Assembly: GCF_018977255.1 (NCBI RefSeq)
Contig: NW_024704742.1
Location: forward strand, 105,340,001 to 105,404,000
Length of the DNA: 64,000 nucleotides
Direction of reading: 5' to 3'
Source: Callorhinchus milii
Lineage: Eukaryota
Under the pieces are notes generated by a model. It was not told where the DNA came from and made no database searches. It worked only from the letters and a program-made list of their open reading frames with translations. How positions within the stretch are numbered: position 1 is the first letter of the stretch; every line of letters starts with the position of its first letter. The translations under genes were made by a program, and so were the position numbers. Below are positions 38,081 through 51,480 of this stretch, piece by piece.

Positions 38081-39621
38081 AAACAACATTGTCTCTAAGA
38101 TAATGAAGGATCACCTTTGTTTTTCAGTTTCCCTGATGGAATTTGGTCGATCTTAAATTTTTTTGAAGCCTAAATTGATCATATTCTTTCATTGTAAGAT
38201 TGGAGATCCACCAGGGTTTTCAGACACAGAAGCAGCAGCGGAAACCATCTGCAATCTCTAAAAGTGCATCCAGCAGCACTCTGCAACATATGGTTGTGTT
38301 GGATAAGGTGCCGAATCATTGTAGATACATAGCTAGAGCAGAAGGAAAAGGAATAGGTGATATTTATGTACAGTGAATTCTGTCTTTAAAAATCTGCTAG
38401 ACATGGCCTTGGCCATTGTTTCTCACCAAAGAAGGTCTAAACCTACCTTGGAATGAAACTGTCAAATTACAAGAGATTTGAATAAGCAACACCTTGATTT
38501 AGTTGCTACCTAGAAACACAACAAGAGATCTGCTTAAAATCTTTCCATTTTGTTTAAAGGTTGTGTTATATCCACCTTCTCAATGGAATTCTAGTTTATA
38601 CTATGGAAGAAAGGCAAATTAACCAAATTTCTATTGAGAAGACGGGTACAACAATGAATAGAAAAGCATTCTTTCATTGCAGCACAACCGGACTGGAGAT
38701 TTTTAAATAGAATCTCTGTAAATAGTTGCTTGAGAGCAAAACCAGCAGAGACAACATTGAGCTAAATGACCCCCTTCTGTGCTGTAATGTGTCTATGATT
38801 CTATTAGGAATTTACATCCAAAGTTCAGTTTTGTCACAGCAAAAGTGCTATCACCAGGTGGCAAACTTTCGAAGCATTGTTCCCTGTTATTAATCAGAAG
38901 GAGAATAGGTCACCATTTACATAGTCAAAGCTGCTAAAGCAAACTCTATTCAGCAACCACCTGTCTTACACAACCAGTGCCCACCCATTTTTAGTCCTGT
39001 TGGTGGACAGTTGGTTTCAGAGGTCAGCTCTAAGTGAATTAAGTTTACTTACCGGTAATGTATTCACTAATTTCCATGGGCCGGTATTGACTCCTGTTCG
39101 ACTCCTCGCGTGTTTACCAACACCATACTGAGCAGCCCATGTGATGCCCTCACTGGTGAGACAGCATTGATAGTCTAGCGGGAGTCTGTATGCGGACCCA
39201 CTGAAATTTTATTACATTTTTCGGACCTGGTCAATGGAACTCTTACTCCTACATCAAGGCCACTTTGGTCCATTCCCTGAGTGGTTGCTGAAAATAGGTT
39301 TGACTGGTGTTGTGAATGTCACAGAATTTATGGATTCAATCCAAATTATTGATTCAAGTACAAAGACAGAAGCAACACATTTGGCTTACGTCAGCTGATT
39401 TATAGTCTTTTGAATATTTGTTTTGAAACCAAACCAAATCAGAATCATCATCTAAAACAGCAGAAACTTTACTTTTGTAAATTCCCCCCTTTTCCTGAAG
39501 GTGCCAAAAGCTCCTTGATGTTTAGTTTCAGTGGCTGTTCTTTATGTATGATCAAAGACGGTTTGTGTTGACAGATTATGTGGCATTACAGTCGAGCCCA
39601 ATCCAATTGATAACAATCTTA

Positions 39622-39850
39622 ATCGTAATCTTTGTATTTGATATAGCTCCCTATCATATTGTCCAGTCTTTTCAATTCAATTACAATAATTATTGTGTCC
39701 CACAAACAGCCATGAAGTGAATGACTGATTTTATCTGTTGGATTCTTGACCAGGACACCTGGAGAAACTTGTTTCTCATTTTGAACAATGCCATGGGATC
39801 TTTGTCATCCTCCTGAACCTGGGTTTAATATATCATCCAAAGGACAAGTT
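39622..39850 (-). mobile_element. DeuSINE, degraded
   Basis: tgtcccacaaacagccatgaag...ccaggacacctggagaaac...tgccatgggatctt. Confidence 0.7.
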
Positions 39851-39871
39851 GTCGGCGAGATCCACATGCTC

Positions 39872-40045
39872 ATTTTTCAACAGGAGTGACTGGACAGCGA
39901 TTGGGAACAAACATCTTGTTAATCTTCCTCTTCCCTAGAAAAGGGGTGCCAAAGCTCATTATAGGATCCTCAACTGAAATCAGCTGTCCCAACACAGGCC
40001 AGGATTTGAATCTGTGACCGTCCAGTCTATGTAGCTTTGTGTATA
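39872..40045 (-). mobile_element. AmnSINE2-like ancient SINE 5' part
   Basis: Reverse: gttcaaatcctggcctgtgttgggacagctgatttcag...ctagggaagagg...tcgctgtccagtcactcctgttgaaa. Confidence 0.5.
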
Positions 40046-41917
40046 GTAAGTCACAAGTCCGTAAAGGAAACTGGCAAACCACATGGTGGAAGGATGTGAG
40101 TTTGCACCTACAAAAGCTACACAGAGCAATTTTTGGAATGTGCAGTGGAGGACAGAGGCTTCCCCAAAGAGAGCTGAAATCGATTTTTTAGACACCTCGG
40201 GTTACTCTCAAAGTGGTTATGTAAAGGATGGCATCATTCGTGAGGTGTTGCAGTCGTCAAGCCAGAGAATGGAGTGCGACATAAAACTGCTTTAAAAAAG
40301 AAAATGAAACAAATATATTGAACACTGAAATAGAAAAGAGGCTTCGGATACGTTTGAGAAACTGAACTTTTGGCAACCTTAGTAACTTAAAATGCCAGAT
40401 GTGTGGGTGTAATTTGAAGTATGAGGTGTGGAGTGATGTGTGCAAGTGTTTCCTTGCTACGTGTCGGCTTGAAGATGACTTAGGGGGAAGCAAATTTAAC
40501 ATCAGTGTGCCTTCAGCTCATTGGTAAAATAGGAAGTCACCAACGCTAAAGTTTCTTAAGTATTAATGAGGTTTTATGTGCTGGGTCAAAGCCCAGACAA
40601 ATAACATGATCTATGGGTTTTGGTGCACAATCTTTTTATGCAGTATTTCTTTCTGCTTTCCAGTGTAGAAGTTCCCTCATCCTTAAACTAAAATTAAAAA
40701 TGATCTGTCAGGTCATATTTAATTGAATCAGGTGAGTGTGAACAGGAGAAGATCTGTTGGATGTGCTCCCCCCCATGAGCAAGCAAAACCTGTTCACTCG
40801 CAAGCGGTGAAGTTGAGATTGTATTCTGGTCAGAGCCACAGATGTTATAGGATTCAGCCAACTAAACCTTCTCAGACATATTATTAGTTTATGGCTGTTA
40901 TTTACCTTTCCAATCCCATTGCCTCACCATGTTTGTTACCAGGCAACAAAGCATTTTATTTATATCCTACGGTAAAATATTCCATTATGAAAGAAAAAAT
41001 GTTTAAATCTCTGGTTTATGTTCGGGTTCAATTGTTGCACGCAAAGAAGCATTGGTTATACCAATGACACTTTTGGTTTCATGCAGCCCAGGTTGGGGTT
41101 TTGGTTTGATGGTTTTACCCACGTTGAAGATTATTTCTGCAGAAAACAGCTGCCGCAGTGATGACAGAACAAGCTTTACTAAGTGTTGTTAGTCTTGCCC
41201 GCTCACTGGATGATTAACTTAGCTACATCAGCTGAAGTATAATTTGAATGAGTTTGGTCTGAACGAGCCAGATCTCATTCACAAAAGTGCACATGACTGT
41301 AATGGCATATTTAGCCAGATGTGTGTACCTTTTTTTTTGCAATTTAATGCATCCAAATAGCTGAATCATCTGTTTAGTAATTCATGGACAACTTGATTCC
41401 TAAAATTATCAGTTGTTGTGTCACTAATCCTGTATAAAAGCCTGTAAACAATGAAGTCTCACCTTTATTGGATTTTTGTCAATCTTGATGGGTAATTCTG
41501 CTCTTCAGCCTCTGGGTTTCTCGAGACAAGCTGGGAGGTATCAGTGCAGCCATCCATGCAGCTCTAATAAGCAATTTATTCTTGTACACTCATTTATTGC
41601 CTCAATAACTTAAAAATATTTTACTGGATTTTCACTAAACATGCTAAGTCTGTTCATCTTCTCGGATGTTTGGCTCCTTCAGAAAATGGTCATGCTGGAT
41701 ATCAAGAGATGATTCCTGTGTTTGTGTGCACCCTCATACATACTGCCAACGTGATTTAAAAACTTGACAAATGTCGCTCAGTTTTACAACTTCGTTCACA
41801 GACAGGTGGTGCACCGTCAGTGTGCAAGGGAGACAGATGAGCAAATCTTGTTCAGCCAGCTAAGAAGCTTGTTTGCTGTTTCTTTTTAAATCAGATTTTA
41901 CTTGTTCTTGTTTACTT

Positions 41918-42160
41918 GACCCCCACACTTTGGAACTCCATCCCACAGTCCCTTCACCTCGCCCCCTCACTTGCCTCCTTCAAGGCCAGTCTCAAGACCT
42001 TCCTTTTTGACCAGGCCTTTGGTCACCCTACTACCCCTACCCTCACTGTTCTCCAACCTTCCTGATCGCAACTCCCAGATCGGGTGCAAATCCTTGACTA
42101 TTCAGCGCCTTGGGACGTCCTCCCGACATGAAAGGCGTTAGAGAAATGTAGTTTGTTGTG
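41918..42160 (+). mobile_element. L2 3' end
   Basis: ctttggaactccatcccacagtcccttcacctcgcc...cagcgccttgggacgtcctcccgacatgaaaggcg. Confidence 0.88.
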
Positions 42161-42811
42161 GTTCTGTACATCAGTATTTCCATGCAGCGATGTGTGACCA
42201 GGAGAGACATTTTGTTTGTGGATGGAGAATTTGATGTACCTTTGCAGTTTTTAAAATATCAGTGTAGGAGCAGTCTTTCTCCCGTTTGAAGTAAAGCTCC
42301 CATTACTTTTCCCGACAATAACGTGCCATCAGCCCTACCTCCGAAGCGCACACCCCACTGGACCGAGTGTGAATTTTCTGTCACCTGTTTAACCTCTACA
42401 TACACGCATGAATAGGCCTTCATCCTAATGGAGGAAATCACATAATAATGACTTAATGCGTTTGAAGTTGAGACAAGTGATCTCCCTCGCCCACCCTTGC
42501 TGAATCTGACCCTTGTTTCTTGTCTGCCCTTCATTGTCCGCACTGTTGCTCCGCATCAGGAAGTTTCTCTTCAAACTTATCATTTTCTGAATTATTCCTT
42601 CCAGTTCATGGTTTAATGAATTCCATTAATAGCTGCAAACACAAAAAAGGATCTCAAAAGGATAAACAGAGAGATGAAATCCTCCGATCGGCAAGGAAGA
42701 GAACATAAATCAACGATTATCACAAAGAAAAGGGGGGAGGGTAGAATTAGAGTTTAGGGGGTTGTTATAATGTGGAATCTCTTGCCACCAACATATGTTA
42801 AAGTTGTGTTA

Positions 42812-42950
42812 GTAATAATGATAATAATCCTCGCATTTGATTTAATACCTTTCATGTTGGGAGGATGTCTCAAAGCGCTTCATAGGATTTTACTGTAAAA
42901 TGTGACTATGTATTTTGGAAGCAAATGAGGCAGCCAATTTGCATTTAGAC
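42812..42950 (-). mobile_element. SINE 3' tail fragment
   Basis: aataatcctcgcatttga...ctcaaagcgcttca...ggcagccaatttgca. Confidence 0.7.
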
Positions 42951-42995
42951 ACTCCAACACAATGTTGGGGGTGGTATGCATTATTTGAGGGGATT

Positions 42996-43422
42996 AATAA
43001 TAACAATAATTCTTGCATTTGACACATCACATCATTGAGACATCACAAAGCGCTTCACAGGATGTACTGTAAAGTGGAATGACTGTATATTTTGTGGATG
43101 AACAATGCAAACATTTTGCCCACAACACAAACAGCCATGAAGTGAGTGACCAATTTTATTTGGGGGAATGTTGGCCAGAACACTGAGAGAAACTCCCTTC
43201 TCTTTCCAAATAGTGCCATGGGATCTTTAATGTCCACCTGAACAGACAGAATGAGACCTCGGTTTAACGTCCCATCTGAAGGACGGCATCTCCGACAATG
43301 CAACACCCCCTCGCACTGCATTGGAATGTCAGCTTAGACTGTGATTCCAAGTCTGGACATGGGACTTGAACCCATAACCATCTGTCTCAGAGGCAAGAGT
43401 GCTACAATTGCAGCAGGCTGAC
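42996..43422 (-). mobile_element. Full-length DeuSINE (SacSINE1-like)
   Basis: Tail, then tagtgccatgggatctttaatgtccacctgaac, ggtttaacgtcccatctgaaggacggcatctccgacaatgca, and head ggacttgaaccc...ctcagaggcaagagtgcta. Confidence 0.85.
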
Positions 43423-43471
43423 ATGATACATTTTGTTTGATTATATCTGTTGAGCTTGTGTCAGTAAATTT

Positions 43472-43620
43472 GCTTCATGGCTGTTTGTGGGACATTACAG
43501 TATGCAAGTTGACTGCTGCATTCGCCTACAAAATACGCAGTCACTACTCTTTACAGTAAATTCTATGAAGCCCTTTGAGACTTGATAGATACAATATAAA
43601 TACAAGGATTATTATTATTG
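43472..43620 (+). mobile_element. SINE 3' fragment
   Basis: cttcatggctgtttgtgggacatt...aaggattattattatt. Confidence 0.7.
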
Positions 43621-45374
43621 CTATCTTAACAATGACCTTGATAATATGACCGGTTTCCAGTGTTTCTGTTTATTATTCAAAATTCTGCCATTTGCATTCA
43701 TGTATTTATATTTTTAAATGCTTTTGCTTTTCATGCAGACAAATTTGAGGATGTTCATGTTGTGAAGACAGTCGGTTGCATTGTTTGGTAACAAATCCTG
43801 TGTGGAAGTCAGGGTTGATTCCCTGGATAGCTGAAATGCCACCTTCACGTGTTAACCTTTTTCTTGCTAGTTAAGAACTGCCAGGCAAAATAAAGGCTGA
43901 TTCTTCTCCTGCCATATCATGACCCAATATGCAAAGGGTTTCTTTCAAGCCTTTCAACAAGGCTGCTACATGGACTGATTTGCATGTATTTTTGAAGCAC
44001 TACTATCTTGATCTGACTACTTAAGATGACAAATGCTTTGTGCTCAATACTAAACTATCTCTTTTATTGTACTGCTGGTATAATTCATTTGTATTTGCAG
44101 CTTGAATGGGTGAATATAAATCTTAGATCTTCATCATTCTTTGAATGTAATGCAGCTCCACATATAAAGCTTTTCCCCTCATAATCCCTTGATTTTATCT
44201 GTAGCCTGGAGCGCTTGGAGTCTTTTTTTGCTTTGGGTATACTTGCCTCGTTGTCCAGCTGATTTCTTCTGCTACTACGGCTTCTGTGAAAATAATTGAG
44301 TCACAAGTTCAAAACCCATTCTTACTACAGGGTAACCCTGTTATAACACTAACCTGTTGAGCTCTTTTCTTCCCAAAGCAGTAGTTTTGTGTGGATCTGT
44401 GCTATACTGGAACCCAAAGGTGACAAGTCAGTGTGTACTGCACTAAAACATTGCCTTCTGATTTGTCAACTTGGGAATGACGCCACTTCCTGCGCGCTGT
44501 GCGCACAAAGGTATCGCTGATGTTGGGTCCTGCACATGCGCTGGAAATGCCGTTGATGTCACTTCCGGTGAGCTGTACATGCATGCCATACACAGGAAGC
44601 GCCACTGACATCACTTTGTGAAAGAAGTGTGCATGCGCAGCTTGCAATATGCAGTGTCAGTGGCGACCTGCTGACCTGCAAGCAGGATCGTTGGTCTTTT
44701 TTTTTATCACAGACCTATTAAAGTCTATTTTTTGGGTTATGAGAAGGTTGCCCTTTGTGCAGTGCAGGTTTTGTGGACTGGTGCAAAAATATAATGAGTT
44801 GCAGTGGCCTGGCCTGCAATATCACCTGCTTGCATGATGGTCTGTAGACGCAATGAAAGCTGAACTACATTCCAAGAGAAACTAAAGCACGAAAGATAGG
44901 TGATTAAACATTTCACACATCTACAGCACATGTGTGAGTCGAATTGTCAATTTTGCCAACATGTAAGCAACTTTGTGCTGTGAACCCATGCCCACAGGAA
45001 ACTGACCATTCCTATTTCATTTATGAACACTAAATGCGACAGAGACTTTTAATCCATCAATCTTTGTTGGACTTGGACCCAAATCCCAGAGGTGAGAGGG
45101 TAATGTTCCAACCTATTGGACTGTGCACTCCCCAAGGGTGAAGTATAATAAGGAAATGAATAGGAAATTTAATTAGGAAGTCTCTCATGAAATGAAATTT
45201 GGAGCCGAGGAATATCTGTGGAACAAATTGGTGCTGACACTGTAGAATATTTCCATTTTGCTCCGTATTTGTAATCGAAACTCTCGCTGTCTCTTCCCTC
45301 CCCATTCGCTTTTTCCTCAACACAGAAAGATCCTTCAGAAATAAGAAAACTCAGTGTTTATGAATGTTCGGTTG

Positions 45375-45490
45375 TAATAATAATACTTGCATTTGATATA
45401 GCACCTTATCAGGTCGTTGAGATGTTTCGAAGCGCTTCACAGGATATACTGTAAAGTGAATTGACTATATATTTTGTGGGCGAAACGTGG
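45375..45490 (-). mobile_element. SINE family A 3' fragment
   Basis: aataataatacttgcatttgatatagcacc...tatattttgtgggcgaaac. Confidence 0.8.
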
Positions 45491-46168
45491 TTACGGGATA
45501 GAGAGATTGCAGGATCCTTTGGAGTCCAGGAGTGATTCTGTTTTCTTGGCATATGCACCCAGAGGAATTAGCAATGCATTTGATCTTGACCTCAAAACTT
45601 TACATATTTATCCTGCTATGAATTGAATTAAAAGGTTCATTCCAAACAAATTATGCCCTGGTTGAGTTATTTCTAAGTATCAATTCATACCCTGCTAACT
45701 CCTTTGGGATATAAATTTATTTTGGGTTTAATACTGTCCATTAAAACGTTACATTTTTGTTTTCTTATAACCGCTAAAAACATTCCTTATGTAAAGCCAG
45801 GGCTGCAGAACTTAGTGGTGTAGGAACTAAATGGGATTCCTGGAGGAGATAAGTGATGGCGATTCTTCTGGAAGCATCAGTGCTCATGGCTCTCTGAACG
45901 AATGTGCACATCTCTCACAAGATCAGAACAAGTGGCACTGTTATCCCAATAGAGGGATTAAAAAGAAAGGCAACAGCGGAAACTTTAGTTTGTCTACACC
46001 ATACAGAGTTGCTGCACTTTACAATATGTCCTGTAAAGCGCTTTGACATGTCTTCCCGACGTGAAGGGCGCTGAAACAAACTCAAGGATTATTATTTTTC
46101 TTTTAAAAAAAGAAGAGGAAAGACTTGATTAGCAAACTGGTTGGACAGAATACAGGGAAATGCTAAAT

Positions 46169-46561
46169 GTGTCAGCCTAGCTTGGTTGGTAACACTTTCA
46201 CTCTGATTCACAAGGTTGTGGGTTCAAGCCCCACATTGGGATTGAAACTCACATAGTCTAAACTGACACTCCAGTGCAGTGCTGGGGGTGTGTTGAATTG
46301 TTGGAAGTGTCGTCCTTCAGATGAGTCGTTAAACCATGGACCTGCTGTTTCTACACAAAAAGAGAAGAGAGTTTCTGCCGGTGTCCTGGCCAACAATCCC
46401 TCAAATAAAAAATTGGTCCTTTGTTTCATGGCCGTTTGTGGGACATTGGTCGTGCTCTGTTAGCTATCGCAAATGAAGAGAACTGCACTTTACATTGTGA
46501 AGTGCTATGAGCCTTCCTCCTGACATGAAAGGTCCTATACGAAATGCAAGCATTATTATTT
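46169..46561 (+). mobile_element. DeuSINE, near full length
   Basis: ggttgtgggttcaagccccac...ctgacactccagtgcagtgctg...cggtgtcctggccaacaatccc...tail. Confidence 0.82.
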
Positions 46562-46814
46562 TAACCGAGTGACAACTGAACATTTGTGGACTATTAGAAG
46601 AAGTGGAAGAATACCATGCTAATGTGCTGAGAACTCTAACATTCAGAGAATCAGTAGTTTAGATGTTAATCTTTTATTTGTGTGCAAGGGCAAGATGGAA
46701 GCCTGGTAATTGTTTGATGATTCTTTTATGAATTTACCCTTATCTTTCCTGACATATTTGTCCCCATTCTATTAATTTTGAGATTGAGTGCTTTCAGGCA
46801 CTAACTACTCCTTA

Positions 46815-47003
46815 AATCTCTGGAACCCCCTGCCTCAGTCCCATCTCTTTGCCCATGTTCAAATCACACCTGAAAACTTTCCTCTTCGACCATGCCTTTG
46901 GTCATCTCCGCTCTCCTTACAGCTCGGGGCCAAACTGCACTGCTGTTAAGTGCTCCGAGACGCTACCCGCGTGAAGGGCACAGTATAGGTGCTGGAGATT
47001 GTT
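46815..47003 (+). mobile_element. Old L2 3' end
   Basis: ctctggaacccc...aaaactttcctcttcgaccatgcctttgg...gtgaagggc. Confidence 0.7.
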
Positions 47004-48116
47004 GATATAGTGCAGAGAATTCTTAATTTTTTTAAATTTAGAAGCCTGTTTCTGCAGTTCATAAAAGCTCTGTAGGAGATGGGCTTTCAAATAAAGACTG
47101 AATTTAAGAAATTCCTAAATTTCTGCACCATCTTAATTGTTAAAACTTCACTGCTGATGATGATGAGGTTTGGACGATGAGGAATTTTGATTCCAGGTGA
47201 GGACAGTAACTGCCACTATTGAACTTGCTATTCAATACTCGCAGCCATGGTTCAGATGGCATGAATGGCCTCTAGAGTGAAATATCATGGAATTGTATCC
47301 CAAGAAAGAGTTGGCAGCATCAGGAGAGGAGGAGGTCAGTAAAATTGGCAAACAGAAGTGTGTCGTTCAGCCATTCAGAACCTGCAAGTTCAAACACTGC
47401 TCTGTTACGGAATTTGAGCATTTACATGTGTTCAGGTTGAGTTGCTTTATAAATTCACTGGCGTTAACCAGTTATAACAACTGCGGCAACAAGATTTCCA
47501 TTATTTACCGCTGTTTTATTAAACCTATTCTTCCGTATCGTTCACAAAATATCGTTGTGCTCGGAAGAAAAACAAAGATTATTGAGAGGGCAAAGTGAAA
47601 AGCTTCCTCTGAGACTGGCTGGAAGATTATGTATGCTCAGTGGAGTTTATAAATATTAGATCAAATATGAGTTCGTGTTCAGTTTTTCCAATTAAAATAG
47701 TTGCTTCTCCAGAATGTGCCCGTGGTTAAAGACTCCTATGATTAAACCTGATTTGAAATGTGCCCGTTGCCTAGAAGTTCAAATGAATGCCCCAAGGGGA
47801 TTTGCTCGAGGAAAGTTGTTAAATTTGCACAAAAATTAGAGAGGTCATTAAGGTTCCATGCTAGATTTTGCTTTCAAAGCCTAAATGCAACTATTTCAGG
47901 AAATCTGACATCCAGCAAGTAAGTTTCAGCATCCGGAATTCCAATCCGATTCTATTATGTCTTATCCTGTACAGCGTACAGTGCTGCCTCACTATAATGT
48001 GCTTCTTTCTAGTGCAATTTCAGTTGTAATGCAGTTGCAGCTTGCAATCCATTCACTGCACTGCAGGCTGCTCGCTTTCCACACATAGGGACTGGCATTT
48101 ACACTAAGGTCATCAC

Positions 48117-48290
48117 CAAAGTGCTTTACAGAATATACTGTAAAGTGAATTGACTATATATTTCACCCACAAAATATACAGTCAGTTCACTTTACAGAGT
48201 ATTTTGTGAAGCGCTTTGAGACGTCTCGGAAGACATGATGATATATCAATATCAAATATCTATATCAAATGCAAGGATTATATTATTAAT
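48117..48290 (+). mobile_element. SINE family A 3' fragment with an inverted 5' duplication (fold-back)
   Basis: 48118-48163 is the reverse complement of 48172-48217 (39/46 matches); the + strand continues to the (TTA)n tail. Confidence 0.85.
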
Positions 48291-48735
48291 TATACTTAAC
48301 TTTCTGTGCTGAAAAAAATGGTCATCAGATCATATGGATCCCAGACTGTCACTTCCTGTGCATTACAAACGGGAAGTGATATCGACAGTGACCTAACGAT
48401 TTCTCTACTTTAGTGTGGAAGTGGCCCATGCACAGAAAGTGAGCTCGCTGGCTGTGCAGTAAAACTGTTTTTCGGCCTTTTAGAACAGGTTGGGATTTTA
48501 TAGATCTCAATTACTGCATTATAACGAGGCTCCACTGTATATTATATTGAACTAGAGCGAACTTTCTTCAGCTTTTGTTTGGAATTTAGACGTTTTGCAA
48601 ACAGCTTGGTGGGTAAAAGACAGTGTTATAAAGCCCATTAAACTGCTCTTTTTTTACTTAAATGTTCAGACCCAATTACATTCTTGTAGCAAAATGTAAA
48701 CCTACTACTGGAACATACGGGAACTTTCTTTCTTG

Positions 48736-49155
48736 TGTATCGTACTGGCTCAGTTGGTAGCACTCTCCCTTCTGAGCCACAAGCTTGTGGGTTCAAGCCT
48801 TACGTTGGGACTTTGTACTCATAGTCAAGGCTGACACTCCGATATAGAGCCGGAGGAATGCTGCAACAATAGAGGGGCGCCCTTCGGGCGAGAGTTAAAC
48901 TGAGGTTCTGTTTGGCTGTTCAGGTGGACAATAAAAATCCCATGGCCCTATTTGAAAAGAAAAGGGACTTTCTCCCTGTGTCCTGGACAAAAAACAATTG
49001 GTCATTCCCTTCATGACTGTTTGTGGTACATTGCTGCGTGTGGATTGGCTGCCAAGTTCGCCCACAAGTGCACAGCCACTGCACTTTGCAGTCAAGTGCT
49101 TTAAGATAACTTCTGACGTGAAAGGTGCTGATGAAATGTAAGCTTTATTATTTAT
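48736..49155 (+). mobile_element. Full-length DeuSINE (SacSINE1-like)
   Basis: tggctcagttggtagcactctc (A box), gggttcaagcc (B box), aaaatcccatggccctatttgaaaag, tail gacgtgaaaggtgct. Confidence 0.85.
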
Positions 49156-50714
49156 CCTTTTTTCTTTTATTTCTCTCCAGGCGATTAAATTGTTTTTTAA
49201 AGACATTTTAAAAACATTTTAGTTTACAAAGACTTGAATTACAGCCCAGGACAGCAATAGTATAAGCAGGAATTCTCTGCCATTTACAGCCACCAAGTCA
49301 ACTTCTAGAGCCAGACATTGATAATACTGTGGCACAGCACAATTGCACAATGGGTGGGATTGGGACTTCAGCAAGAATGCTTGTTCAACACAGTTTCAGT
49401 TCAGATTTTTAAGGTTGAAAAAGTGTGGCTTTAACTACTTCATATGCACTTGCGCTTGCAAATCTCTTTACAGTATTTTTCCCAGAGTTTTTTAAAGCAG
49501 CCTTTCATTACTGGGTGCTGGTGATTGTTATACTTAGAGAAGGTTCTGACTGAATAGTCTATTCTACAATTACATTCTGTGCATTGGTCTCTGCATGTAA
49601 AAGAGTTGAATAGCCAAGTGGTTTATAACTTAAATAATGCTGGTGGGTGAAGAAAGTATTGTGTCAAGTAGTCCTGTGGTGGTAATATTATTATATAATA
49701 TCATTATTCTAATGCTGCCAGCAGCACATATGTGCGATCCAGTGGTGGGAGCGGATGAGTTGTACTGCTGTTAGACTCATTCCTCTTGAGCAATATCATC
49801 AGGGTTTGTGTGAGGATTCCAGCGGGGAGTTGTGGTTTTGTTGGTTGTTCATCACAGCTGCAGATGTGCTGCGATTTGGCCTGATGGTAGAGATTTGCTG
49901 CTCAAAAGCTGTGTGGGTGTGGATGGGTGGGTGGCATGTGGGATGGTAGGTTTCAGACCATGTGCGTTGGGTTGCATGCCTCATGGTGGGCTTCATCTTA
50001 TGAAAGTGGCATGTTATTCGCTTGGATATATATAAACTTCATCTGCAGGGTGTCGACTCAGTAACGTGAAAGTTTCTGAAGAAAGGATGTTGAGTACCTT
50101 GGCTACAATGGAGAGGATGAAAAATGGAACAAAAAATTGGGGCGGAGGGAAAAATGGGAGAAAAAGTGGGTGCGACAAACTGGGCATTTTACTAGGAGCT
50201 GATTTCATTTACCATCAGCAAACATCTCAGCACGTCCTTCTATTGAAAAAAATCACACTTTGTCATTGTTTTAAAATATTTGATTGTAGTTATCTAACGG
50301 GAAAAAACATCTGTTGGAACTTGGATTTTTTTTGGTAAGACTGAAAAAACATCTGGCTGTTTAAGCTAACCGTTTGAGTGGTTTCCATCTTCGTTAAAGC
50401 TTTTCAAATCACATTTGCTTTTCAGTGAGTTTGACCTTGCGGTAGTTCTTAACATGAAATGCGTAGTTATCAAATTTCTAAAATGTTAAACGTGCTGATG
50501 AAAGCATTTCTCAACCTAAAGTGTTTACATTTCTATTTAGGAAATCTGTGTTTGCAAATTAGCTCCCAATAACCTACAGCAACATATAGTCATTCTACAC
50601 TTGAATATTGTGGGGCATGCTGAAAAATGCCAGTGTTATTTGGCAGCACACAGAGTTTGTTTCCCACTGGATAAGTGTCACATTAATTTATTGGTCGCAT
50701 TTCTTTCTGTGCAG

Positions 50715-50822
50715 GTGACGGATAAATCGGTAAAAGCATTTGCAGAACATTGTCCTCAGCTACAGTATGTGGGTTTTATGGGCTGCTCAGTCACATCCCA
50801 AGGGGTCATCCACCTCACCAGG
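50715..50822 (+). CDS. FBXL17: Internal coding exon of F-box/LRR-repeat protein 17 (LRR region), 108 nt, phase 0-0
   Basis: Acceptor ttctttctgtgcAG|GTG and donor AGG|GTAAGT. Translation VTDKSVKAFAEHCPQLQYVGFMGCSVTSQGVIHLTR is nearly identical to the vertebrate FBXL17 segment as I recall it (VTDQSVKAFAEHCPELQYVGFMGCSVTSKGVIHLTK). Confidence 0.95.
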
Positions 50823-51264
50823 GTAAGTATTATCCTGTAACCACTTGTCGTAAAGCGCCGGTAATTACTGTCAGATCTGTGAGCTGTGACCGTGTCTTTG
50901 AGAAAGCATGATCGACTGAAGTGCGACACAGGGAGAAGCATATTGATTCCTCAGCCCCCCCTCCCTGCCCCTCGCCTCCCCAACAAGTATCTTCACACAA
51001 GTTAAAAGTTTATTTGTGTCTTATGTTCAGCAAAGTTTGGTCTGGAAATGATTGCCATTCCTGCAATATTTTTCCAACTTAATGAAATGCATTTCATGAA
51101 AGCATTTATTTGGCGTGACTTCAGCATCAAGAGAGAGCTTGACTGCTGTAACGTTAACTTTAGGTATAAAATTAAGTTAAAGAAAATGAGGCATTGGAGA
51201 GGGAGGGTACATACAAGGGCAACAAGATAGCTAGCTGGAATTAGGTATCTTTATGAACCTATGG

Positions 51265-51480
51265 AAGGTGGGAATGTTCACGCTGAAGAAGAGAAGGTCC
51301 AGAGGAGTACTTCTTGAAATATTCAAGGTTATAAAGGGTTTAAATAAACTGAACCCTAATAATGTTTAACATGGCCAAACCAGACGACATAGACTTGAAC
51401 TCAGAAGAGAGAAGGTGAACAGATAGTTCAGATTTAGTTATTTTAAAGGTTATTTAGACTACCTCATGGAAGCTGGTTCT
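51265..51480 (+). mobile_element. Old CR1 3' fragment
   Basis: GMFTLKKRRSRGVLLEIFKVIKGLNKL motif. Confidence 0.65.

Noticed and set aside
50601..50840. 79-aa ORF as a standalone gene
   Set aside because: Only 50715-50822 is FBXL17-like and bounded by splice sites; the rest is intronic read-through.
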